Assembly (NCBI RefSeq): GCF_006345805.1
Contig: NC_042999.1
Coordinates: 46,748,001-46,812,000 of the forward strand
DNA: 64,000 nt
DNA from: Octopus sinensis
Taxonomy: Eukaryota
Reading direction: 5' to 3'
Positions 52,346 to 64,000 of this stretch are shown here, in pieces. The notes under the pieces are model-generated. The model made no database searches and was not told where the DNA came from. It was given only the letters and a program-made list of their open reading frames with translations. The position numbers were made by a program, and so were the translations under genes. Each line of letters begins with the position of its first letter. Within the stretch, counting starts at the first letter, position 1.

Positions 52346-52858
52346 ATATAGTATAAATCTTAACATATACATGTAACATTCACCAATTAACAGCTGCTGA
52401 AAATGATGCGTTGAAACAATTGTAGTGATATGTAATAAAGCATATTCTATCCACCTTAACATTTTCTCGTTCTCTACTCTCCGATTATTTCCGGATTACC
52501 AGAAGTGTATCCATTGAAAAAAGAAGTCCTACTATATAATAGTATTTGGTAGGAGGTCTGGAAAGTACACTATATATTAGATCCCAGATGATATATACAT
52601 ATATATATATCTTTGTGTGTGTGTATAACATACAAGATGTTCATAAGTGTTGATATTTAATGCTCTAGGAATCTTATATGATTAAAGGTAACATACTTAG
52701 AATAATGTAACGGGATATATCTCTAAATTCGTATCCTATGAGAATTACTAGAGGATTCATATACTAACCGTTGTTGAATAACCTATTTTGAATGCCTAAC
52801 TGTGAGCAAACCAATAGATGTTTGGAGAAATCTCATACTAATTACTAATATGTGTGTG

Positions 52859-52908
<50 letters not shown>

Positions 52909-52934
52909 ATATACATATATATACATATATATAA

Positions 52935-53429
52935 CAGCGTAGATCTTCATTATAAAAAAAATATATGAAGCCATTTTTATGCAAATTTAGTTAATTGTGT
53001 GAAGCTTCCATTACGGTTTGTATTTTTTTTTTACAGATACTGTAAAGTGAGTCATGCCGAACAATTTAAATCGAGATCAAAGAACGTAGATACTAAAGCA
53101 GTATTAGAAGTCGGTAATTGCCGGGCTTGTGCGCACAGCATGGCAAGAAGCCTATCACACTCCTGAACCTTCATGCCAGACAATTTATCGGATATGGAAG
53201 AAATTTGATACCACAGGTTCAGGGAGTAATGCACCAAAATCTGGACGCCCTAAGATTTCTGTGACTGAAAAAAATGAGATGTTAGTGGCTATGATATTTG
53301 TGAACAGTCCAAAGAAGTTCACATGATTGTGCTTCTCTAGAACTAACCATAACAAAAACATATTGCAACGCCTAATGCTAAGCTGAAATTAAAACGTGAT
53401 AAATGTAGACCTACTTTTGGACCACACTT

Positions 53430-53430
<1 letters not shown>
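52935..53430 (+). mobile_element. Tc1/mariner remnant (N-terminal DNA-binding region only)
   Basis: ATG 53064: ..PSCQTIYRIWKKFDTTGSGSNAPKSGRPK..FVNSPKK. Ends with a TIR-like GGACCACACTTTATA. Confidence 0.65.
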
Positions 53431-53470
<40 letters not shown>

Positions 53471-53559
53471 ACATATGAGATCTTTAGAAATGTTTTTTCA
53501 AAAGCTCCCTGCATCTATCTTATGAAAGGATCGATATTATGGTCAATTCTTTTAATAGG

Positions 53560-54650
53560 TATAGAGTTGTAGATATTGGAAGACAAATACCAATGTAGGT
53601 CTGATGCAGGTGAGAGTCCCTTACTATGGAAAGAGAATTATTGAAAAGTAGTTTTATCTTCTGGGCAGGCGCATTATGGAAGAACAAGAGATATATGCAG
53701 AGAAATGGATTCTTTCTGATGATAGATGGAGTATTATCTAGATCAGGTGTCTTGATGCTTTGTTTCTTTAATATTCTAAGAATTTGAGCGAATTATCTGT
53801 TACTTTAACTACTCCAGATCAGCTTGTTATATACCAGTTTGCGTTTGAAAGCTGGATAATTGTCACATTCAGAGTTACGTACGCGATTTTACCAAGAATC
53901 GTCAGGCAAATTGCCTCAATTTTATTTTTAGATTACTGCAAAGCATTTGAAACGACCAACGAAAATGCCATATTATATGTCCTGCTGAATTATATGTCAG
54001 ATGAGAATGTCAGAGCCAACATAATCATTTGTGAAAATGCATCTAGATTTGAGCAAAGTACAGACGGTTCATATAAAAATTTTCCAACAATAGTAGGAAC
54101 ACTTGAGAGAGGTAGCCTGGCACCTTTTTCTCACAATACAAGTCAGGGTGTGATCAGCATCTTGGGTCTTATGTTTCAATCTGTAGGGACGTCTCCTAAC
54201 TCGAAAGAGACAATCTAGGATTGCTTGAAATATGCATCAATGTATCTGGCCATCAAGAATTTAAAAGTGAAAAGGCTCTTTCTTCAGCACAATTGTAAAG
54301 AGAAAATTTCTCTATGGACCTGAGACTTAGACTAGGAGAAAAGTGCTTCAAATTCCCTTGATGTTAAGAGGACCAAGGTACTTAGAACTTCTCAAAACAT
54401 CACAAAACCTAAATGGAGATTTAAGGCTCTATTCCACTATTTTAGGTATCTGTACGATTCCTTCTCAATATAGGTTAGGCTTTGCTGTCCAAAGCCATGA
54501 TGCTGTACATCACAACACATCAGATGCCGTTTTTAAAAGAAACCTCCACCCAGTGACAAAGGACATACACCATTTACTTACATCGATATTATGAAACAAC
54601 GCAAAATTGAAGACCTACCAAAGTTAATGGGTTAATAGGAAACAGAGGTC
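53560..54650 (+). mobile_element. Decayed RTE-like LINE RT remnant
   Basis: LFLDYCKAFE..ILYVLLNY..GTLERGSLAPF resembles FIDYKKAFD...GVLQGD.LAP. Confidence 0.55.
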
Positions 54651-55649
54651 CTCGGAGCAGAATGGTGAAAGGCAATTCGGTCGCAACTGCTTAAAGGAAA
54701 ATAGTACGCCATATTACAATTTCAGAATAGCTAATGTAATAGTTGGTCACTATGAAAGATAGCGAAACAAATAAGATGTATAATTATAATGTTCTAGGAG
54801 AAATAGATTTATCCTTTGTCCAGTTTACTCGTGAGACGAATAAGAAGTTATATGAGGTGGGTGAATAAACAGATATGCTATTAAACTATATTGCATGCAC
54901 AAGGAGTGGGTCGCGTATATATATGAACAAAGTATCGAAATAAAATGGGATTTTAAGATATATACGTATATAGGGAGTAGAAAGAGGAAGAAAGTGAAAT
55001 TAAAGATATGTTTTATTGAGATATATATATATAAGAACTGGTGGGAAGATGCGAAACTTTGAAGAGAAAATCTAGCCAAAGCATGCAAACGTATATGCAT
55101 ACATATGTGTGTATGTGCGTGTATGTGTGTGTATGAGAGAGAGAGAGAGAGAGAGAGAGAAGAGAGAGACTGAAAGAGAAAGTGTTTGTTTGTATGTGTA
55201 TGTATAGAGATTTAAGTAAAAAGAAAACAAATAAATGTATATATATATATATATACACACACAAATACAAGGAAATAATAACCATTAACGTCGGAGGGTA
55301 ATAAATAGAACAAAAGTGAATGATTATGTCAGAAGACAGTTTTTTGAGAATGCAAAAGTGTGAAGTATAAACTACCTAGGGAGTGATACTTAAAAAAATA
55401 TAAATCAGTGAAATGATCGATGGAAGAAGAATTCCACAAGAAATAAAACTTCTATCCCTATAAATTTATAGCGCAAGGAAAAAGTAACTGACAGTAGTAA
55501 GTAAATAGATAGACGAGGATTTTGTGTCTACGTAAAAGTAGTATACAATGATTTAATATCATAGAGATTACCTATATTCCATGAAGTATGGACGCAGTTG
55601 AAGAAGAAACCATCGAAGATAGATATAAATGTATGTTTATATAAACTGT

Positions 55650-55728
<79 letters not shown>

Positions 55729-55830
55729 GATATATAAATATACTTCTAAACATCAGAAAAAATCATGCATATTTATCGAGCTGTCTATCTATTTATGCTT
55801 CAGACGAAGTGAACTCGTGAATTTTGCATA

Positions 55831-55944
<114 letters not shown>

Positions 55945-56253
55945 TATGTCTGCTTTGCCGTCCTTGTTTTTGTATACATTCGATGCTTTCTTCCAAGGAA
56001 TCGAATATTCTTAGTTTAGTTTTTCCTTGGGGTTGGCGAGATTGGAGCAATCTCAAGATTAATCAACCGAAATTGCGAGGATGATCTGGTTCTTGACTGA
56101 GGATAGAAAGCTTCCAATGACCCGTCTTTGTTTTTTTGTATTGTCTATCTGGATGTCTTGTTGTCCCTTTTTGTATCACATAGTTGTCCGGATGTTTTGC
56201 GTTCTTGTCCCATTTTGTATTATATATATATATATAAATATATATATATAATG

Positions 56254-56328
<75 letters not shown>

Positions 56329-56390
56329 GTAACAATAATAACAATGATAATAATAATAATAATAAAAATAGTAATAATAATAATAATTAT

Positions 56391-56494
56391 AATAACCATC
56401 AGAGCATCACAACAAATCACAGCACATACCCAAGGCACACAGAGCTGCGCTCGGCAGTGAAGTTAAAGCAGGCTATAAAAATAAAACTAATGAT
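56391..56494 (+). mobile_element. 3'-UTR-only copy (~100 bp) of the same R4/Dong-like element
   Basis: AATAACCATCAGAGCATCAC...ATAAAACTA matches the reverse complement of 42225-42325. Embedded between two (AAT)n arrays. Confidence 0.88.
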
Positions 56495-56496
56495 TG

Positions 56497-56568
<72 letters not shown>

Positions 56569-56571
<3 letters not shown>

Positions 56572-56920
56572 TCGTTTCTTGGCCACAAGGGCTAACAAAA
56601 GTCAATTAAAACACAAAGGGACAAAACACAAGACGAAAGTTACAAATGGTTTGGACGTTTGAAAAAAGTCCGTGTACAAAAGCAGGATAACAACGAAATG
56701 TAAGTAACAATTAAAACTCCCAATTGGGGGACGCGCTTCGAAAAGTTACTCGTGGAAAAACCTATAAAAGCCACGGGAGCCTAGTCAAAAGGGGGGTAAA
56801 GAGCCCCTTTCTCCTTTTATATTTCCCTTTAATTTTTCACAGGTGTATCCTCAGAATTAGTCCGTTCATACTGGCCATTCTTGCGACATTCACCCACCTT
56901 TCAATAAGCTTGCTACCAGA
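56569..56920 (-). mobile_element. 3' end of a Tx1/L1-like LINE
   Basis: Minus strand reads ..KLIERWVNVARMASMNGLILRIHL*, then a T-rich 3' UTR ending TTAGCCCTTGTGGCCAAGAAACGAA and running into (ATT)n. The clade call is from a remembered C-terminal motif. Confidence 0.5.
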
Positions 56921-56989
56921 CAGCACTTCCCTCTATACTATCATCTTCCTTTTCAAGTTTCACTTGAAAACATTGATGAGTTTATCCCG

Positions 56990-57159
56990 AACAGGCAGAG
57001 CCCCTGTTTATCTTGATATGAGATCACCATGTTGCGCACATATGGTTGTGATGCATGTGCCTGGTGTACCCTTATGAGACGGGTAGACATGATGGGTATA
57101 CTGGGCTTCGTATATTTTACCTCAGTGTCACTTTGATGGTATGGATGCGCTCTGAGTCG
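56990..57159 (+). mobile_element. Family D retroposon 3' end followed by (AAT)n
   Basis: Homologous to 42084-42203 and 48295-48375 (both minus). Ends at (AAT)n 57160. Confidence 0.75.
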
Positions 57160-57180
57160 ATAATAATAATAATAATAATG

Positions 57181-57240
<60 letters not shown>

Positions 57241-58001
57241 TAGAAAGATTATTAGCAGCTCATCAAGATGAAGTATTACGGACTAATTGGATAAAAGCCA
57301 AAATAGGGAGAAACTAAGAAGATTCCCAATTTAGATTATGCAAATCAGAAAAAGAATGAGTTCCTTATATAGTAAGTGAATGTAGCATGCTGGCACAGAA
57401 AGAATACAAGAAAAGACATCGCAATTTAGGGAGAGCAATCCACTGGGAGCTTTGTAAAAATCTAGGATTTGAACATTCTCATAAATGGTATGAACACGAA
57501 TCTAGTAAAGTAATAGAAAGCAAGACGTACAAGATGTTGTGGGCTTTAACGTTCAGACTGACAGAGGAGCAGAAGCTAGAATGCCTTATTTGGTAGTAGT
57601 AGATAAAGAGAATAGAAAGTGTCAGAAAATTGACTTTACAGTCCCAAATAATGAAAAGATTAATAAGAGAAGTATAGAAAAAATAGCAAAGTACAAGGAT
57701 CTAGCTATCGAATTACAGAGACTATGGAAAGAGTGGGTAAAATGTATCCCAGTGGCTATAGATGCATTGGAAACTATCCCTAAAGATCTGAACATTTGGA
57801 TAGAGGAAATAGTTATAAAACGCAGTTTAGTACAGCTCCATAAAACAGTCTTATTAGGCATAGCTAGGATGCTTAGGAGGGTTCTTGGCATATAAGGTTA
57901 TTTGCTGTAATCCGATTGGAGGGTTCCTGGCATCTAAGGCAAGTTGTAGCCCGATGTTAGGATTCTTTTCTTTTCCAACAGTCTAATCTTTTGAATGTAT
58001 A

Positions 58002-58003
<2 letters not shown>
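57241..58003 (+). mobile_element. 5'-truncated, decayed R4/Dong-clade element of a second family
   Basis: Translates to AAHQDEVLRTNWIK..., LAQKEYKKRH..IHWELC, KCQKIDFTVP..EKIAKYKDLAIELQRLW, LLGIARMLRRVLGI. Flanked by (AAT)n at 57160-57238 and 58004-58071. Confidence 0.85.
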
Positions 58004-58073
<70 letters not shown>

Positions 58074-58194
58074 TTGATGAGGATGATGATAATATCAGCA
58101 GCTTTAGAGAACAAGAACAACAAGCACAACAACAACATCACCAACAGCAGCAACAACAACTACAACAACAACAATGATAATACAATTCTTTCCA

Positions 58195-58404
58195 TTTAAG
58201 CATAAGGCCTAAAAGTTTTTAGGGATGTAGCTCGTCGATTATATTGACACCCAGTGCTTAGCTGGTAGTTATTTGATCTACCTCGATGGGATGACATGGA
58301 AAGTTGATTTTGGCAGAATTTAACAAAACAGAACATGAAGGCGGACGAAACGTCGCTAAGTATTGTGTTCGGCTTACTAAGGATTTCGTCAGCTCACCGC
58401 CTTA
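58195..58404 (-). mobile_element. SINE family B (old). Other old copies: 8740-8910, 9100-9215, 18640-18850, 19268-19395, 35950-36100
   Basis: Diverged matches to the family B head and central block. Confidence 0.65.
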
Positions 58405-58639
58405 GTGACAATAATAATTGTCCTGAGCATTTGATCTTAGGAGTTACACTGACCTGTTGTATTGTCCAGAAGAAAGGGCGAGGAGTTATTTATGTTGTGT
58501 TAGGATTGTGTTGAATCAAGGGGAAACATTTTACGGAAGTATGAAAAAATGCCGTGGAAACATTTTTCGATATACATGTTATTCGACATAGAACGTGACA
58601 AGATCGACAAGTAAAAAGAAAAAGTGAACAACTATGATA

Positions 58640-58935
58640 AAAGTGGGAAACACGCAGTTAGTAAGAAATGAAGAGAGTGAACGTGATATCATCAGTGACA
58701 GGCGCGCTTGGAAATATCAGCGCGCAACTACCAACGTGGCTCCAAAAGATCGGAAGGAATGTAAAGATAGAATACCTGAAAATATTATCATTGCTTCAAA
58801 CTGTAAGATTTTTCCATGGAGTTCTTGAAGCGTGGCCAGTAAACAAGTGCCGCTTCACTCTGGTGGCTGTTGGCAGCTGACACTTTTCCCAGCTAAATAA
58901 ACTGAGAGATTTAATGAAATAATAATAATGATTAT
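58640..58935 (+). mobile_element. Decayed 3' remnant of an RLE-type LINE
   Basis: VNVISSVTGALGNI..LQKIG..SLLQTVRFFHGVLEA resembles the IPIIVGALG..LLGTA..LR..L terminus. Followed by a degenerate (AAT)n tail. Confidence 0.55.
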
Positions 58936-59399
58936 AATGATGAATATTGTGATAGCAACAGCAATAATGATAATGAGAAAAGAATAAATATATTCTAGAG
59001 AAAAAAATACGTAAAACTGGCCAGTATGGATGTGAAAGATGAAGGAACAATAACATTTTTAGGCAAGCCTTTGAAGGATGTAATTATGAGAATGATAAAA
59101 TTGACTTGAACAACTGATAAGCATTCCATTGGAGCCCGTTTGACACGCAATGGGTACGCTTATGGATAGTTATATTCACACACATATTACTATCTATAAG
59201 TGTATCCACTGTGAAACAAAAAGGCTTGAAAGGAATATAATATCAGTTGTGCAAGTCAATATCATCATTATCATAAAAAAAAACAAGGGAGAATAAGTGA
59301 AAAATTAAAAGGTTAAAACGTAAAAAGATGAAAATTACACAGATCTCATTGAAACGTGTTGTACTGTTAAGTAAAGAAGCAACTTATTCATTAGTAACA

Positions 59400-60000
59400 A
59401 GTTATATAAACTCTTGTATCAAATATATCAACTCTTGTAATAATATAACAAGCTTAATGAAAGACATGAAGGAAGGCAATTATAAAGGATTATAGTGAAA
59501 CAAAAGTGATAGTATCCGATATAATTTCAAGCCGTAAAGTGAAAAATTCTTGAACAAGCATCGATACTAGTACAACACCTGCTTTGATAGGATAATAAGA
59601 AAACTACATAGATATGGGACTGAACTTTGGATAACGATCGAATGTAATATAAAAAGGATTAAGGAAGGTGTGAATTAAAACAAAGAGAAGAAATAAGGCA
59701 AAATGTTGTAACCTAAAGGTAGATAGGAAAGCGTGAGACAATGTGCTAATGACGGATAGATGTGATGAGGTGAAATACATCACTGGTCTTAAGATATATT
59801 ATGTGAAAATGGAAAATGTGTATGAGGCTGCAAACAAAGCCGAAACAATGACGATAATAGATTTCAGAATAGATAGGTCAGTGATACAAGATCATAAGGT
59901 ATATATAGACGTGGCTATTTCTATTAACTCAGAAGGCCGTAAAATCAGAAACCAATACGCCGTTACGTCGAAAATGAAATGAGTTGTGTGAAAGATTAGT
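59400..60000 (+). mobile_element. Highly decayed LINE RT remnant
   Basis: AFDRI-like and ITGLKIY.VKME-like fragments; no intact motif. Confidence 0.35.
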
Positions 60001-61204
60001 GGTTTAAATATTACTAATGAATATCACCTGACAACGTTAATAAAATTAAGTTTTAGTGTTAAAGTTAAAATCGCTCCTATATGGAAAGTGCTCAGGGAAA
60101 ATCTGCATGATCTCTAAAAAGAAGTTATGAAACTTTCTACTAAATGCTAAATTCTACAACGGTAAGGAAGAATTAGCAAATCAGCTAACGCTATACAAGT
60201 GAAAAATATATAAGTTCAATAATTCTTAAAAAAAATGATTTGACAAATATAGAAGTTACAGGTATATAAAATAGGACAATACAATACTGTGTATTTTATC
60301 TGTATTTCAATAGAAGCATATAAAACTACGACGCAGAAATAGGAGGGAAAAGACTATAAGGGTATAATACATTTCGATATAATATACCAAAGCTTGGAGA
60401 TATATAAATATATAAACTGAAAAATATACAACCATAGCTATAAAAAACATATCTTACAGTTATGTAAGATATACGATTTTAAAAATATTTAGAAATATTC
60501 AAATATAGATATTTAAAATAAAAACAATTTTAAAATATGTCAAAAATAAAAACGAAAATATCAGAATAATACCACAAAGATAAGTCTTAGTACGATAAGA
60601 GCTTCATTTATGCGCGGGAATAGAAATATATCTATATGACGAATAATAATAAAGTCTATGTGGTATAAATGATTACGCTACCATTAGCAGATGGAATATC
60701 GAACCAAGAGTTTATGAGTTTATCCCCCGTGTGTTGGAGCAGGTCGAATGTCGTTGGTCACTACTCATATTAATTACATTAATCATTTGTGGCTGAAGAT
60801 AAAAGGGTTCTGTCCTAAAGCATGAATATAGAGGATTAAAAAACCTCGGCTAAAGAAGGGGTGCTAAAACTCTTATTTATGATCCCATAAAATGACTACG
60901 TTATGTTTGTTTACTAGATGACACTATCGATTTTCAATTCAAGAACTCACTACCCCTGACATCCACGTAGGAAAATACGGTTCTGGTTATTTCGTTTTGT
61001 GCGATAAACAAAAATATGATTATTTGTGTTGTGTTTCACTAAGTGTAGGGGCGAGGTGGAGTTGGTAATTACCGAGCGGTAATGTGTAAATATTTACAGT
61101 ACTATTTCTAATATAATAGTACTTTCATAATGCACAGAAAAGCCTAATCACTCCATTTTCTCACTCTTTCTCTCCTTCCCTCTGTATGTATATATATATA
61201 TATA

Positions 61205-61385
61205 TAGGGAGAATTCACGAAAAAAACAAAAGACGAAGACAGGTGGTGTAGAAAACAAACAGATTTATTAGTATAACGGTCCGGAATTGAAAAAAGTTTT
61301 TAACGTTTCGAGCCTACGCTCTTCCACAGAAAGGAACACAGAAAGAAACAAGGAGAGAAAAAATGAGAATAGTGGCTAGATATCG
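61205..61385 (-). mobile_element. Penelope-like terminal-repeat remnant with hammerhead-like motif at 61297-61332
   Basis: UUU-CUGUGGA-A-GAGC-guag-GCUC-GAAA-CG-UUA-AAA. Same stem II and AACGUU palindrome as the 9674 motif. Inserted next to (TA)n. Confidence 0.55.
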
Positions 61386-62802
61386 ATATATATATCTATG
61401 TGTGTGTGTGTATAATACATACACATATATGTACATATGTACACATGTATAAGTGTGTCGAAGTCAGCGTATGTGAAACAGATATTTTGATCAAGTGTAG
61501 CAGATAATCAATAACGATAAAAAGAAAGAAACTACATTGTTACGAAACGAAAAAATCTAATTCGAGATTATCGTCTTCCCACATGATGGCCCAAATTTAC
61601 ATAGCTATACGCATTGTCAACAGAAGTCAAATGTCGTAACATCTGACTATATTGTAACAAGACTAAAATTAATTATGTCTGTCTTTTACACACACACACA
61701 TACACACACACAAACACACACAAAAAAAACACATATATACATACATATGTATAAATAAGTAAGTATATTGGTATATATTCTTTATAGATATACATGCAAG
61801 TATATCGCTCGTGTATATATATACTTAGTTTTATCAGTGGGAAAAAATGATCAGCTCCTTTTGGTAGAACACGTAACAATTTTTAACCTGTGGGTGGATT
61901 TGCGGTAAAGGTTACTTGAGGCGATGGTTATTAAATCCGTTTCCAAATCTGGGAGTAGACAGTAACAGGCATTGAAAAGTTAAGGAGAAATGAATGAGGT
62001 AAAGAGAAATGAAAAAGAAAAAATGTACAAAAATAGACTGAAGTATTTCTATGATGGAATATAAGTAATAGCTTAGGAACGAAACGTAAGTGGTGTGTGT
62101 ATATATATGTTATAAAAAGAGAAGAATAAAGATAGAGTATTGATAGGTAGGAAATAACAATTAGACAGATACTAGATACTAGAATAAGCTTGTACGAAAC
62201 TATCAATAACAAGTTAGTTCTAAATGCAAGCCTCTATTTAGGGCCCGGTCAAACTTAAGTGGATATAAATCAATGCAATAATCGCTGAAATAATCCCTCT
62301 GATAAATTTATAAAGTAATATAAAGATATATGGTAACCATAGATAAATAAATGAAAGGCGGTTAACTTTGTGCATTGACTCTAACAATAATGTGAAAATG
62401 AAGATATCTATTCAAATAAAGATTGCATATATTTTAACGTGTAGGAGAAAGGCTATAGTAATCATTATATATATATGCATATATACTCACGCATAAATAC
62501 ATACACATATTTGTACTCAGACACGCACAGCAGGATAGACACTCTGTCCACACACATACCTATGCTGCGTGCCCGTGGAATTGTGCACAGTTCGAATGGA
62601 TTAGGTAAAAATCTCATGCAATAGGAATAATTTGTAAAGATTTGTGGAAATGTATGAGGCAGTAGGAATACTGATAACAAAGAACATTACGGAAATGTAT
62701 AATATTATTGCATAAAAATCCTCTTACCAATCAAATATTTTCTGACGCTAGAAATATATTCGTGTGGATCTATGGAAGTAAATACTTATATCAAGAATAC
62801 TA

Positions 62803-62960
62803 ATCTATATATATAAAACCGAGAATGCGTGTGTGTCTGTCTGTGTTAATCCCTAAAACACAACCAATTTCATTCAAATTGTACACATACCTTACTTTGG
62901 GTCCATGTAGTGTCATGGGCAAAAAATGTCTAACTTCTTGCCTAGGGCGAGCCCATAGTA
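62803..62960 (+). mobile_element. Helitron-like non-autonomous remnant
   Basis: 5' A|TCTATATATATAAAA..GTGTGTGTCTGTCTGT start, which is typical of this group; degenerate 3' end near CATAGT. Confidence 0.4.
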
Positions 62961-63480
62961 ATATCATATCTTCTCCACTATGTCAGTATTACGTGTTAAA
63001 ATTGAAACAAAAAGATCTCTTTATTGTAATGTCAGATACATTCTCTTTAATACTGAAACTATTAAAGTAAAACTATTATATAAGAGGGATGACCCATTAA
63101 TATTGGACATCCATTTTGCTAGAAGAAGATCTGCTATGGTCTTATATGCTACACCACTAGTTTTCAATTCATATTAATCAAATTAATATTCAATTTCTCA
63201 CCCTTATTATTTTAAATTTAAATTTAAACCCAGGACTATGTGTTTTGGAACGAAGTTTGTTACCACGCAGCCACATCTTCACCTATGTATGTGTGTGTGT
63301 ATGTGTGTATAGCTGTATATGTATACATTTATTTCTATACATATAGATGTATATGTATACATGTATATGTGTAGATGTATATATATATATATATATAGAT
63401 GTACATGAAATATGTACACATATATATTAACATATATTCATGCATACATATATACACCCATACACACACACACACACATA

Positions 63481-63650
63481 CATAGGTGCACGTGTGGCTG
63501 TGTGGTAACAAACTTCGTTCCAAAACATACGGTCCTGGGTTCAGTCCCACTGTGTGGTGACTTCGCATGTGCCTTCTGCTATAGCCTCAGGCCAACCAAA
63601 GCCTTGTCAGTGGATTTTGTAGACAGAAACTGAAAGAAATCAATCGTATA
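63481..63650 (+). mobile_element. SINE family A head; inverted partner at 63229-63288
   Basis: A and B boxes present. Shares the variant GGTAACAAACTTCGTTCCAAAACA with the minus-strand fragment. Confidence 0.8.
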
Positions 63651-63664
63651 TATATATATATATA

Positions 63665-63923
63665 TAAGTAATAAGAGAGGGACCACACGTGGTCCCTCTA
63701 ACGCAAGAAATAGATCCGCAAAGGGAATCCACCACTAAAGAATTGTTCTCAAGCATTAATTCAACACACCAAGAATGAAAGCGGGCAGGACAAATGAAAT
63801 ATAACGAAAAAATAGTTTAACTATTGAATTAATTCTTGAGAACAATTCTTTAGTGGTGGATTCCCTTTGCGGATCTATTTCTAGCGTTAGAGTGACCACA
63901 TGTGGTGTCTCTCTTATTACTTG
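63665..63923. mobile_element. MITE with ~100-bp terminal inverted repeats, TA-flanked
   Basis: Arm 63665-63767 is the reverse complement of arm ~63823-63923 with few mismatches. The right end reads TTATTACTTG|TA; the left end runs into (TA)n. Confidence 0.8.
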
Positions 63924-64000
63924 TATTAATAATTTTTACTGTATCACATTTTCTTTACGCTAGGCCACTTGGTGTTTTAAATTGATGTTATCAATTAATA

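Noticed and set aside
56063-56605. Poly-I / poly-L / poly-N ORFs (also 46131-46337, 46968-47312, 47411-47707, 57055-57243)
   Set aside because: Translations of (AAT)n arrays.
57995-58177. Poly-N/D/Q ORF resembling a low-complexity protein
   Set aside because: Adjacent (AAT)n, (GAT)n and (CAA/CAG)n trinucleotide tracts at the tail of a retroelement; no splice context.

Overview
Eukaryotic, strongly AT-rich, repeat-saturated DNA, with no prokaryotic features and no host protein-coding gene that I can recognise. The mix of tRNA-derived SINE families, LINE types and very dense (AT)n/(ATCT)n/(AAT)n microsatellites suggests an octopus or other coleoid cephalopod genome (inference). Almost all ORFs in the supplied track are artefacts of microsatellites or SINEs. 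Main content: (1) A full-length, ~4.0 kb R4/Dong-clade non-LTR retrotransposon (RT + CCHC + restriction-like endonuclease; 42225-46216, minus strand), disrupted by a few lesions and bounded on both sides by (TAA)n. Several 5'-truncated copies and other LINE 3' ends sit in 'trains' inside (AAT)n arrays between 42 and 59 kb. (2) Several minimal type I hammerhead ribozyme motifs of the Penelope-like-element type, one with a fully canonical core (24916-24999, minus). (3) Three tRNA-derived SINE families, one of which appears to share its 3' tail with a Tx1/L1-like LINE end in the window. (4) DNA transposon relics (internally deleted mariner, Chapaev-like, Tc1-like), a long-TIR MITE, long palindromes, a solo LTR, Helitron/HINE-like pieces and many decayed LINE fragments. 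Coordinates of decayed elements are approximate, and all family names come from remembered motifs, not database searches.
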